Shown here: positions 37,206-46,562 of the stretch, one piece after another | Numbering within the stretch: position 1 is the stretch's first letter | How the letters are laid out: every line of letters begins with the position of its first letter | Source of the DNA: Faecousia sp. | GTDB lineage: Bacteria > Bacillota > Clostridia > Oscillospirales > Oscillospiraceae | Length of the DNA stretch: 58,028 nt | Reading direction: 5' to 3' | Assembly: GCA_045538595.1 (NCBI GenBank) | Contig: JAZSRS010000007.1 | Coordinates: forward strand, 1-58,028 | Made by a program: the position numbers and the translations under genes | The notes under the pieces: generated by a model | Database searches by the model: none | What the model was told of the DNA's origin: nothing | What the model saw: the letters and a program-made list of their open reading frames with translations, nothing else

Positions 37206-39019
37206 TTCGTTTCTTCACTCCTATTAAAATTTCTGCATGGAAAAGAGAGTACCACACGAGTTCTGGCAACGGAATCCTCTGATGTTTCATCGGATCCTAC
37301 ATTGCTGACACTCACACCGTATTTCTTTCCATATATCAGTTTGATTCGCTCATTTACATTCCGCAGGCCTACTTTGTTTTCTTCAAAGCCTGCGCCTGTT
37401 TTTAATTTATCGTTTAGTTTTCTTAAATCTCCCTGACTAATCACCTGACCGTCATTTTCAACGGAGATATGCAGACATTCCTTTTCGTGATATGCGGATA
37501 TGGTGATGTTACCGTGATATTTCTGAGGACGCAAACCGTGCTGAATAGCATTCTCAACAATAGGCTGCAGGCACATCTTGATCATATTGCAATCATACAA
37601 AGTTTCATCAATATCCCAATGAAACTGAATCGCATCACCGAAACGCATTCGGACGATTTCGATATACAACTTCAGGAAATCCAATTCTTCCTTCAGTGTC
37701 ACGATCACATCGTCGTTTTCCAAACCGAACCGGTACAGCCGGGCCACCTTCGTCAGCATTTTACTGGTCTTATTGTTTAGGCCCATCTCCTCAACGGCGC
37801 TCCATTTGATGGTCTCCAGCGTGTTATACAGGAAGTGGGGATCGATTTGGAATTGCAGCGCCCGGAACTGAGAGTGCCGTAGCGCCCGGACACGGGCCTC
37901 CAATTCTTCGGAGACTTCATCTCCTACACCCTCCTCTGCCAGTATGTTGCTGGTGATGTAGAGCATTTCATTAGACTGTTTGGTGGCTTCCCTTTCGTTC
38001 CAATGCAATCTGGGATTCTCGATCACATTCATGATTTTCTTAATCGGGCGGTAGGTCACCAGTGTAATTAGGTAAGCCACGATCAGACTGGAGAATATGC
38101 CAACCGCCAAAGATGAGATCAAAAAGCCGCGGACCACAGACTGTTCACGCTGATAATCCAGCATCTGGGTGGTAAATGCGTATTTCCAACTCTTATGGGC
38201 AGAGGGCATCACAGAGACCACCCGTTTTCCGTGGTCGGCAAACAATTGGGTCTCACCGGATATTGCCTTTGTAATATCGCTTTGGTATTCCGCCTTGACG
38301 GCTTCATCCCAGGAATCAAATTGCTTCTCACTACAGTAGGCAATCTGTCCGTTGGCATCCAGCACAAAGAACAGACCTTGCTGGGAGAGTTCCTGACTTT
38401 CCAGCAAACTGCGGAGTTCCTGTATCTCCATTTCCAATACAAACAGGCCTGCTCGCTGTCCCGTCGCTGACCAGATAGGCTGGCAGATAAAAATGCTGTT
38501 ACCGTGGTTTAAAAGCACATAGGGGTAAAACATGGGTTCTTGCTTATGTATATCATACCATTTCCCCTTATCAACACTTTGGGACACATGCGCTACGCCG
38601 TGCTCGCCAATGAGCATTTCATTTATGTCGGAGTAAATGCTCATGGAGGTGATAAAATCATCGTACAGTGTTTTTGCCTCCACTGACTGCTTGGCCCGGG
38701 CTACATTTTCGTAATATGTACTGTCCAGATCTTCAGCCTGTACAACCGCCTTGACCTCTTCAAGTTGAGACAATTTATTCAAGGTGTCCAGGAAGTTTTC
38801 CATGACATTGTCGGTAACTACTGCGTTTTTATGCAGCAGTTCCTCATTCATATCCATAATCCAACCGTTTGCCACGGTAGTGAATTTATCATAATTGATA
38901 CCGATTACCAGCAGCAGAGGAAGGGTTACCAGCAAAAATACGATCATTGTATTTTTAAGTAACAGTTTATTGAACTTATAGCCCTTGATGTAGGGCCATA
39001 CAGATCTTTGGTCCTCCAT
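37202..39019 (-). CDS. YesM/LytS-type sensor histidine kinase
   Basis: Two TMs around a sensor domain; LQFQIDPHFLYNTLETI, LQPIVENAIQHG, GLRNVNERIKLIYG. Overlaps the regulator stop. Confidence 0.92.
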   Translation of the reverse strand: MEDQRSVWPYIKGYKFNKLLLKNTMIVFLLVTLPLLLVIGINYDKFTTVANGWIMDMNEELLHKNAVVTDNVMENFLDTLNKLSQLEEVKAVVQAEDLDSTYYENVARAKQSVEAKTLYDDFITSMSIYSDINEMLIGEHGVAHVSQSVDKGKWYDIHKQEPMFYPYVLLNHGNSIFICQPIWSATGQRAGLFVLEMEIQELRSLLESQELSQQGLFFVLDANGQIAYCSEKQFDSWDEAVKAEYQSDITKAISGETQLFADHGKRVVSVMPSAHKSWKYAFTTQMLDYQREQSVVRGFLISSLAVGIFSSLIVAYLITLVTYRPIKKIMNVIENPRLHWNEREATKQSNEMLYITSNILAEEGVGDEVSEELEARVRALRHSQFRALQFQIDPHFLYNTLETIKWSAVEEMGLNNKTSKMLTKVARLYRFGLENDDVIVTLKEELDFLKLYIEIVRMRFGDAIQFHWDIDETLYDCNMIKMCLQPIVENAIQHGLRPQKYHGNITISAYHEKECLHISVENDGQVISQGDLRKLNDKLKTGAGFEENKVGLRNVNERIKLIYGKKYGVSVSNVGSDETSEDSVARTRVVLSFPCRNFNRSEETK

Positions 39020-40101
39020 CACAGTAGCACCCTCTGACAATACTCTCTGGGAGAGTAACCGGTGTATTTTTTAAACATAATGGAGAAGTAGGACGGGGTG
39101 CTGTAGCCCACCATTCCCGCGATTTCTCCTATCTTATACTGCCCCTCCTTCAAGAGCAGGGCAGATTTTTCGATCCGGATCCGCAGTACGTAATCCGACA
39201 GGGTCTCACCCATCTCCTGCTTAAACAGACGGCTTAAATAACCGGGATGAAGCCGGTATTTTTTGCCAAGAGTATCGTGGCCTATATCTTCCGCAATATG
39301 TTCCTGCAGGTCTTGGGCGACCCGTTCGATCACGCCGTGCCGGCTCTTATGTCCTCCGGTCTTCAATGCATCGCACAGAATACCAAAATCCTCTATCAGG
39401 CAGGCGGCCAAGCCTTCCGGACTGTCAGCCCTGTACAAATGGTCTGCCGTAAATTTCCCACCGGTAATGGACGCAACATCCGTCTTCCGCTTCTGATAGC
39501 AGAACGCGGTGGCAGCATAGAGTTCTGCCAAAGCCGTTCGCAACTCTTCCAAGGAGAGATTCTGCCGTTCGGAAACGATTCGGTTCAGCACGCGGGTCAG
39601 GGTATCCCGACTGTTCAGATCTAATTCCATAACCAACAATTTATATTCCGGAATTGCCGACGGCTCTGCATCCAAGGGAAGATCTCCATATGCGATAATC
39701 TCTTCCGCAGGTGCCTCTCTCTTCTCCTGCTGCAGTTGTTCTCCAATATTGGTGAACACGCCCATCAGTTCGTCCACATCTACAGGCTTTACTAAGTAAT
39801 GCACCACCTGATACTGGATGGCTTGCTGGGCATAACTGAATTCACTGTGACCGCTGAGGATCACGACCTTGATCTGAGGGTGAATGGTATGTAACTGACG
39901 GATCATTTCCAGACCGCTCATTCTGCTCATAAGAATATCGGTCATCACTGCGTCGCAGGGATTGTCCTTCAAATACTCCAACGCATCGCTGCCGTCGCTG
40001 AAAGTAGCAACTACCTGAAATCCCATTTTTCCCCAGGGAATGAAACATTCCAAACTATGTCTGATATTGTCTTCGTCTTCCACAATTACCAGTTTGAACA
40101 C
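39019..40101 (-). CDS. YesN-type response regulator (receiver + AraC HTH)
   Basis: LVIVEDE, MTDILM, YLVKPV; YLSRLFKQEMG, VGYSTPSYFSIMFKKYTGYSPREY. Confidence 0.93.
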   Translation of the reverse strand: MFKLVIVEDEDNIRHSLECFIPWGKMGFQVVATFSDGSDALEYLKDNPCDAVMTDILMSRMSGLEMIRQLHTIHPQIKVVILSGHSEFSYAQQAIQYQVVHYLVKPVDVDELMGVFTNIGEQLQQEKREAPAEEIIAYGDLPLDAEPSAIPEYKLLVMELDLNSRDTLTRVLNRIVSERQNLSLEELRTALAELYAATAFCYQKRKTDVASITGGKFTADHLYRADSPEGLAACLIEDFGILCDALKTGGHKSRHGVIERVAQDLQEHIAEDIGHDTLGKKYRLHPGYLSRLFKQEMGETLSDYVLRIRIEKSALLLKEGQYKIGEIAGMVGYSTPSYFSIMFKKYTGYSPREYCQRVLL

Positions 40102-40334
40102 GGTTTCACCTCATCTGTATTTCTCGGGATTTTCCGGCCTCTTTTTCTATTCCAAATTGCGACTTGTCCATAGGTATCCATACTACTACCCAGTATACCT
40201 GATCATTATACACCACACCGTTTCAGAATACAAGGTTACGATCAGTACTTTTTTTCATTTTTTTAACTTTTGGGTGCAAAATTTTGACAAGGATTTTCGT
40301 CATATTGCACAGTTTTCTTTTTTGTATCAGACAA

Positions 40335-42329
40335 TTATCTTCTGTCTCCACCACGAAAATCCCGAGGAGGTTTTGGCAAAAAATCAGGACGGGAGGATTC
40401 CGGCGAGGGATTTTGCTGAACTTCATCAATGTAGCGCTTGGATTGGGTGGTAAACAGGCGGTAATATTCCCCCTGCTGGGCCATTAATTCTTTGTGATTG
40501 CCCATCTCCCTCAGGCATCCGTTATCGATCACAAGAATCTTGTCTGCCAGCGTAGCGCTGGAAAGTCTGTGGGATACGAACACAGTGGTTTTATTGTGTC
40601 TGAGTTTGTCGAACTGGCTGAATATCTCCTGTTCTGCAATGGCATCCAAAGAGGCAGTAGGCTCGTCGAGAATCAGGATGTCAGAGTCTGCGTAGAACGC
40701 CCGGGCGATGGCCAGTTTCTGCCACTGGCCCACAGACAGTTCCGTGCCGCTTTGCTCAAAGATGCGCATCAGCGGCGTATCGTAACCGTCGGGCAATTTC
40801 TCTACAAAATCGCTGACTGCGCTCTGACCGGAGGCGTATTCGATGGCCTCCTGGGTGGATTCCTTCCGGAGGTTGCCCAAAGCGATATTCTCCCGTACAT
40901 TCAAAGCATATCTGCCAAAGTCCTGGAAGATGATACCGAAGGTCTGATACAGGCTTTCCACATCGTACTCCCGCAGGTCTTTTCCGTCCAGCAGAATCTG
41001 TCCGGCGGTAGGGTCGTACAAACGGGTCAGCAGTTTGATGAGGGTGGTCTTGCCGGCGCCGTTTAAGCCCACCAAGGCAAGAGTCTCCCCTGCTGAAATG
41101 GTGAAACTGATGTCCTTCAGCACATCTTTCTGGATTCCGGGGTAACGGAAACTCACATTCACAAAAGAAATCGTATGGCCGATGCCTTTTTGCACCGGCT
41201 GGGGATTGGGTAAAGCGGGGACAATGGTCTGCTTTTCATTCAGGAAGGCGATTAGGTTGTCAATGAACAGCGTGCCCTCATAAATCGAACCGGTGGAGGC
41301 GATCAGGGTGCTGACACAGGTAGCCACGGAGGTAATGGCACCGGTATACAATGTGTAGTCACCGATTTGAATTTCCCCGGTAAACACCTGCTTGGCAATG
41401 ATAATATAAAAAATCAGATTGGTCACACCGGTGACCACTGCGAAAAAAATATGCCACGCGCTTTCGCTGACGATCAGTTTCCGCATACCCTTATAGTAAG
41501 CCTTAAAAGCAGAGAAAAACCGCCCGATAAAATCATCCGCCAGCCCGTAAAGCCGAATTTCCTTCACCAAGTCCTTGTCCACCAAAACACCGGAGAAATA
41601 ATTCATCTGCCGTCGTTCCTTGGAACTGAAACGCATATAGTGGAAGTTCTTTCTGCGGTATGTAAAGTTCACAATGGCAGACGGCACAGAAACCGCCATC
41701 ACCACAAAGGTGATCCAGGAAAGACCAGGCACAGACAACAGGACGATCAGGAAACTGATCAGTTCGATCACAGAACTGACAACGCCCAATGTCTCTGTGA
41801 GAATATGCAGCGGTCTGTGGCCAGCTTCCCGGTTGGCGTTTTCCATTTTCTCGTAGAAAACCGGATTGTCAAAGGATGCCAAGTCCACTTCTTTGGATTT
41901 CTCCATAATCTGCCGTTTGACTTCCACCACTACTTTTTCACCGGCGATCCGGTTTAAGGCGCTGCTGACGCTATTGACCACCAAGATTAGCAAGCGGTAA
42001 GCAAAAAAAGCGATCAGCAGATACAGAATCCCCGAGGACCAAAACTCGCTCTCCGGCAGACCTCCGTTGGCAACGGCAGTCTGCAAGCCGTTAAGAATAC
42101 GCTGAGAGATCAGGGAGCCGATCACAGGCGTAACGCCCCGGAACAGCGCCACGAAAGTGAGTAAGACCGGAATCCAGTGGCCGGTATTCCACACCAGTTT
42201 CAAAATATAGAAAAACCGCTTAAAAAAGCCTCCGAACAGTTCCGACAAATACCGGGGCAAATCCTTCAGGGATTTGGGCGGCTTTGGTCTTTGGTAATTC
42301 GGCTGCATTCTTCCTCTCATTGGCATCAT
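40335..42329 (-). CDS. Fused permease/ATPase ABC exporter
   Basis: N-terminal TM domain, GLNGAGKTT, LSVGQWQ, ILILDEPT, VSHRLS. Start at ATG 42329 after GGAGG. Confidence 0.92.
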   Translation of the reverse strand: MMPMRGRMQPNYQRPKPPKSLKDLPRYLSELFGGFFKRFFYILKLVWNTGHWIPVLLTFVALFRGVTPVIGSLISQRILNGLQTAVANGGLPESEFWSSGILYLLIAFFAYRLLILVVNSVSSALNRIAGEKVVVEVKRQIMEKSKEVDLASFDNPVFYEKMENANREAGHRPLHILTETLGVVSSVIELISFLIVLLSVPGLSWITFVVMAVSVPSAIVNFTYRRKNFHYMRFSSKERRQMNYFSGVLVDKDLVKEIRLYGLADDFIGRFFSAFKAYYKGMRKLIVSESAWHIFFAVVTGVTNLIFYIIIAKQVFTGEIQIGDYTLYTGAITSVATCVSTLIASTGSIYEGTLFIDNLIAFLNEKQTIVPALPNPQPVQKGIGHTISFVNVSFRYPGIQKDVLKDISFTISAGETLALVGLNGAGKTTLIKLLTRLYDPTAGQILLDGKDLREYDVESLYQTFGIIFQDFGRYALNVRENIALGNLRKESTQEAIEYASGQSAVSDFVEKLPDGYDTPLMRIFEQSGTELSVGQWQKLAIARAFYADSDILILDEPTASLDAIAEQEIFSQFDKLRHNKTTVFVSHRLSSATLADKILVIDNGCLREMGNHKELMAQQGEYYRLFTTQSKRYIDEVQQNPSPESSRPDFLPKPPRDFRGGDRR

Positions 42330-42390
42330 ATTATTTTCCTCCAAGATAATCCCAAAAAGGGCATTGCCCTTTGGCAATACCCTTTATCAT

Positions 42391-43047
42391 TTATTCGTTT
42401 TCTGTGTCCTCTTTGCCCGCTTTCAGGAACGGGTCAAACATTTTTGCAAACAGTTTGCCGTTAATAAAGGCAACCACGCCCGGCATCAGAAGAATCCACA
42501 GCGGGGCGGTACGGACCAGCAGCATAGAGCCCCAGCGCATATATGCCAGGATCACAGGCAGCATATTCAGCACAAAAATGATCACCGTGTACAGGAATTT
42601 ACGCATAGAAAGAATCGCTGCGTTGATCAGTGTCTGCTTAATGGTATTGAAAAACTGGGCCTGCAGCGGATAGGCGTAAAAGACAACACACAGCAGCCAA
42701 ATGAACATCACAAAGAAGCACACGCTACTGAACATACCCATAGTATCCTCTGCGCCGGACATAATGATATAATCCGCCAGCAAAACAGCACCAACCACAA
42801 GGAAGATCAGATTCATAATGGCGCTCTGCTTAAAATTGCTCTTAAAGGCGCTGAAAAATTCACGGGTAATTTTCAGTTCTTCCTTCCGGGCCATTTTCAG
42901 GGTAACATAGTACATAGCCGTAGTAGACGGGCCGATGGTAATAATGGGCAGGCAGCAGACAAACCACAAAAAACTCAGCAACACCAGATCCACGATCCGG
43001 GACATTGCCTGCATAAGCGGGCTGTCTATATCAAACAATTTATTCAT
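42391..43047 (-). CDS. YesL/DUF624 family membrane protein
   Basis: DLVLLSFLWFVCCLPIITIGPSTTAMYY...FFSAFKSNFKQS. Confidence 0.9.
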   Translation of the reverse strand: MNKLFDIDSPLMQAMSRIVDLVLLSFLWFVCCLPIITIGPSTTAMYYVTLKMARKEELKITREFFSAFKSNFKQSAIMNLIFLVVGAVLLADYIIMSGAEDTMGMFSSVCFFVMFIWLLCVVFYAYPLQAQFFNTIKQTLINAAILSMRKFLYTVIIFVLNMLPVILAYMRWGSMLLVRTAPLWILLMPGVVAFINGKLFAKMFDPFLKAGKEDTENE

Positions 43048-43127
43048 AGTTCTCTCCCGTGTTCCAAATTTATGTATTTATTTTACAGTATCCACCAGCA
43101 TAAATCAACAAAATTTTCGTAAACAAA

Positions 43128-43260
43128 ATCGCAGAGCCTTCGACAGGATTCCCTTGTATCCTGTCAGGCTCTGCGATAACCTTAACTATGGCGGACATTC
43201 TCCCCGAATGCGACAACCGCCACCCGCCGCTGTAGCACTCCCATACAGCGGCGGTTTTTC
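43128..43260 (+). ncRNA. Candidate small RNA: three consecutive hairpins with TCCC-containing loops, ending in a terminator
   Basis: Stems at 43128-43177, 43189-43222 and 43224-43254; loops TCCCTTGT, TCCCC and GCACTCCCA; T run after the third stem on the + strand. Strand and RNA status are inferred. Confidence 0.45.
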
Positions 43261-43264
43261 TGTT

Positions 43265-44761
43265 TTATATCACCGGAATCAGCAAGATCCGATCCTCGGC
43301 CGGTTCTTCCGTCAACTGATTGGCCTCCATAATTCTTTCCACCGTAGAGCCAGTTTCCTTGGCCACATCCCACATTCTTCGATTCCCCTTGCGGCACAGG
43401 ATCAGGCTGGGGCGGTTAGGGTCGGGTTTTTCTGCTTCCCCCATCTCCAAGCCCGTCAACATTTCCATGGGATTTCCAGAGGAGACGGTGGCGTTTACCG
43501 CCACATCTGCCCGCAGATTCACCACCCCAGCGCCGGCCACGGCTTGGGGTTTCCCTTGGGGCGCAACACCAATGGATACAGGGTTTTCCTGAGCGGTGTT
43601 CAGATTCCACTCCCCTTCCCAGCGAGACTGCATAGCGGACAGTTCCCCCTCCGGAGTATAGTAAAGTACTTGGAACTGTCCTGGCAGAGTTTGCTGCACA
43701 CCTCGCTCTGTCCGGTGTGTCTGGCCGAAATCCGGATAGAACGACACATCTACCACCTGCTGAATATCTGCCTGATGGGACTGCTCTGCGTGAATCACCT
43801 GGGCGGTTTGATCCAAAACCGTAGGCAACGCCAAGGATTCCTGGGTCAATGTCAGTTGTCTCACAGGGCTGTAGGCATCCTCTACCAAGGTCAGCACCGA
43901 ACGGGCCTGCAACAAATACTGGGACAGCACCCCTGCCTTCAGTTGCAAGTTACCTTCTTCGTCCGTCTGCAGATCCAGGCTGGTCACACAGGGATATACG
44001 GACACAGTTGTATCCTGATCGTATTCTCCCTCCAAGTCTCCGTACTGAGAAAATGGCAGGTCATAATCCCAACAGTAGGGTCTGCCGTCCTCGCCCTCGT
44101 AGAGAATGTGCAAAGCGCCGTTGCCACGGAATACTACCTTGCCTGCCATCACTTTCTGTTCCAGAATTTCCGGCTGCAGGCAGTAGTGGAGGATCTTCTT
44201 CAGTTTTGGACCGCTCCGGGCAGACAGTTGTTCCTCCAAGACAAAGGCCTTTTCCCCTGCCTCTTTGGGCAGCATCACCGGGTAAGCAGCGGTCAGGAGT
44301 CTCACATCGGTTGGTAATTCTCTGGGAGAGGACACCTGTACTTGGGCATTGATCCACGCCTCGCCGTTGGCACTCAGGTTGGCCCGGACCATCAGTTTTC
44401 TATTGGAGGTACTTCTGGCATCTATATTGCGTAGCAGACAGGATACTTGTATTTTTCCCTCCTGCTCACTGTCCGGCAGTTCCCATTTTATAGAAAAAGG
44501 CAGCCAAGTTTCGATACTGCAGACACCCTCCCCTTCTTCCGGGGTATACAGCACCCATGCCATCACACCGCAGGACACGGACATGGTATCTGCGTTCCAC
44601 TCCTTGCCACGCACCACCACCTGTCCCCAAACACCCAAGACATTGCCGATATCCGGCATATCTTCCGGCAGCCGCACTTCCGCCGTCTGTTCCCGACTGC
44701 GGATATTTTGGACGACTTTTTGTAAATATGCCACTGGAATCTTTTCAAATTGCACTTCCAC
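43265..44761 (-). CDS. SPOCS (DUF3794)/LysM spore-coat morphogenetic protein, SipL/SpoVID-like
   Basis: RLPEDMPDIGNVL, KVVFRG..HILY, LPFSQY repeat-type segments; C-terminal LysM-like MWDVAKETGSTVERIMEAN..ILLIP. GTG start at 44761 after AAGGAG. Confidence 0.8.
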   Translation of the reverse strand: MEVQFEKIPVAYLQKVVQNIRSREQTAEVRLPEDMPDIGNVLGVWGQVVVRGKEWNADTMSVSCGVMAWVLYTPEEGEGVCSIETWLPFSIKWELPDSEQEGKIQVSCLLRNIDARSTSNRKLMVRANLSANGEAWINAQVQVSSPRELPTDVRLLTAAYPVMLPKEAGEKAFVLEEQLSARSGPKLKKILHYCLQPEILEQKVMAGKVVFRGNGALHILYEGEDGRPYCWDYDLPFSQYGDLEGEYDQDTTVSVYPCVTSLDLQTDEEGNLQLKAGVLSQYLLQARSVLTLVEDAYSPVRQLTLTQESLALPTVLDQTAQVIHAEQSHQADIQQVVDVSFYPDFGQTHRTERGVQQTLPGQFQVLYYTPEGELSAMQSRWEGEWNLNTAQENPVSIGVAPQGKPQAVAGAGVVNLRADVAVNATVSSGNPMEMLTGLEMGEAEKPDPNRPSLILCRKGNRRMWDVAKETGSTVERIMEANQLTEEPAEDRILLIPVI

Positions 44762-44792
44762 GCAAATCACTCCTTATGGAACTTCTGATACC

Positions 44793-44822
44793 AAAGCATA
44801 TTCTGCAGAGGACAAGTTTATG
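44793..44822 (-). promoter_or_regulatory. Candidate SigE-type promoter of the SPOCS/LysM gene
   Basis: gtcATA-16 nt-AATATGCT on the minus strand; compare the SigE consensus ATA-N16-18-CATAnnnT. Confidence 0.5.
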
Positions 44823-44826
44823 ACAA

Positions 44827-44976
44827 CTATTTTCTGCGGCATATAGCAAAGCCTGAAAAGATAGCCAAAAGGCCCACAAGATGACAAAACAGGCCGCTTT
44901 CCAACCATGTTCCCACCAGTACACCGATGCCAAACGCCAGCACCATATATCCCCAAAGTTGATTCCGCCGACACAT
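44827..44976 (-). CDS. Small (49 aa) two-TM membrane protein, probably sporulation-associated
   Basis: MCRRNQLWGYMVLAFGIGVLVGTWLESGLFCHLVGLLAIFSGFAICRRK; AGGGGGTG RBS; fills the gap between livF and the coat gene. Confidence 0.65.
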   Translation of the reverse strand: MCRRNQLWGYMVLAFGIGVLVGTWLESGLFCHLVGLLAIFSGFAICRRK

Positions 44977-45013
44977 AAAAAACACCCCCTGCAGGATTCT
45001 ATGCAGGGGGTGT
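44977..45013 (-). terminator. liv operon terminator overlapping a SigE-like -10 box and the next RBS
   Basis: Minus strand ACACCCCCTGCA-TAGAATCC-TGCAGGGGGTGT followed by a T run. Confidence 0.75.
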
Positions 45014-45019
45014 ATGGGT

Positions 45020-45718
45020 TTATCCGCCAAGATAGGCTTTTTGCACCTCGGGACTGTGCATCAGTTCGTCGCCGGTGCCGCTTAATGTGATCTTACCGGT
45101 TTCCAAAACGTAGGCCCGGTCAGCAATCTCCAATGCCTTGCTGGCGTTTTGCTCCACCAACAAGATTGTAGTGCCTGCGGCGTGGAGTTCCTTGATGATG
45201 GTGAAGATCTGGTCCACAAGGATCGGTGCCAGACCCATAGACGGCTCGTCCAACATCATCAGTTTCGGCTTACTCATCAGCGCCCGGGACATAGCCAGCA
45301 TCTGCTGCTCGCCGCCGGAGAGAGTGCCTGCGATCTGCTTGCGGCGCTCTTTCAGCCGGGGGAACAGTTCAAACACCTTCTCCAAGTCCTCTTTGGACAC
45401 ATCCTTTTGGGTAAATGCGCCCATCTCCAAGTTCTCCTGCACGCTCATCTGCAGGAATATCCGCCGGCCCTCCGGCACATGAGCCAAGCCCTGATGCACC
45501 AGTTTATGGGCCTCAGTATGGGCAATGTTCTTGCCCATAAAGGTGATAGAGCCGCTGCGGGGGTGCATCAGGCCGGAGACGGTCTTCAGAATAGTACTTT
45601 TACCGGCGCCGTTTGCGCCTACCAACGCCACGATCTCACCTTCGCCAACGGTAAAGGAGACGCCCTTTACTGCGTGAATTGCGCCGTAGTATACGTGCAT
45701 ATCCTCAATTTTCAGCAT
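45020..45718 (-). CDS. livF: Branched-chain amino acid ABC transporter ATPase
   Basis: GANGAGKST, HVPEGRRIF, LSGGEQQMLA, LDEPSMGLAP, VEQNA, AYLGG. Confidence 0.95.
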   Translation of the reverse strand: MLKIEDMHVYYGAIHAVKGVSFTVGEGEIVALVGANGAGKSTILKTVSGLMHPRSGSITFMGKNIAHTEAHKLVHQGLAHVPEGRRIFLQMSVQENLEMGAFTQKDVSKEDLEKVFELFPRLKERRKQIAGTLSGGEQQMLAMSRALMSKPKLMMLDEPSMGLAPILVDQIFTIIKELHAAGTTILLVEQNASKALEIADRAYVLETGKITLSGTGDELMHSPEVQKAYLGG

Positions 45719-46562
45719 CGGTCTTCTCCTCCTTCTTTCCAAGGTAAGCCTCGATAACCGCAGGATTTGCCTTGACCTGTTCCGGTGTACCCTTGGCAAT
45801 GATCCGGCCATAGTTCACCACCACGATACCTTCGCACACATTCATAACCAAGTTCATATCGTGTTCGATCAGGAAGATGGCGATTTGGAAGGTATCACGG
45901 ATTCTGCGAATCTGGTGCATCAGTTCTGCAGTCTCGCTGGGGTTCATACCGGCAGCAGGTTCGTCCAGCAGAATGATGGAGGGGTCGGTAGCCAATGCGC
46001 GGACGATCTCCAGACGGCGCTGCACGCCATAAGGCAGGCTGCCTGCCTTGGTATAGGCCACATCTGCAAGACCCATAAAGTCCAGCAGTTCCATCGCCTT
46101 TTGGTTCGCTGCTTTTTCTGCCTTAAAGTAGGACGGCAGACGGAGCACAGAGGCCAGGAAGGAACACTTGATGGAGTTGTGCATACCCACCTTTACATTG
46201 TCCAATGCGGTCATATCGTCAAAGAGACGAATGTTCTGGAATGTTCTGGCGATACCCATTTTATTGACCTTTGCGGTGGTCATACCCTTAGTGTCGATTC
46301 CGTTTAGCAACACAGAGCCACGGGTAGGCTGGTACACAGAAGTCAGCAGGTTAAAGATAGTGGTTTTACCGGCGCCGTTAGGGCCGATCAGGCCGGAGAT
46401 CTCAGTGGGGCCGATGGTCATATTAAAGCCGTCCACCGCGGTCAGACCGCCGAAGTCGATACCTAAGTTTCGAACATCTAAAACAGGCGGCTTATCCATA
46501 TCCTGCTCACGGAGCAAGTTGGTACTGGTAACCTCCACCATTTTACGGGAGTACTCATTCAT
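45705..46562 (-). CDS. livG: Branched-chain amino acid ABC transporter ATPase
   Basis: FGGLTAV, GPNGAGKTT, ARTFQNIRLF, LPYGVQRRLEI, LDEPAAGMN, IEHDM. Confidence 0.95.
   Translation of the reverse strand: MNEYSRKMVEVTSTNLLREQDMDKPPVLDVRNLGIDFGGLTAVDGFNMTIGPTEISGLIGPNGAGKTTIFNLLTSVYQPTRGSVLLNGIDTKGMTTAKVNKMGIARTFQNIRLFDDMTALDNVKVGMHNSIKCSFLASVLRLPSYFKAEKAANQKAMELLDFMGLADVAYTKAGSLPYGVQRRLEIVRALATDPSIILLDEPAAGMNPSETAELMHQIRRIRDTFQIAIFLIEHDMNLVMNVCEGIVVVNYGRIIAKGTPEQVKANPAVIEAYLGKKEEKTDAEN

Noticed and set aside
43128-43260. 6S RNA, tRNA or SRP RNA identity for the hairpin cluster
   Set aside because: It forms three separate local hairpins, with no long rod and central bubble, cloverleaf or SRP loop motif.
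42935-44317. 460-aa + strand ORF spanning the intergenic hairpins
   Set aside because: It overlaps two well-supported minus-strand genes and has no recognisable domain.
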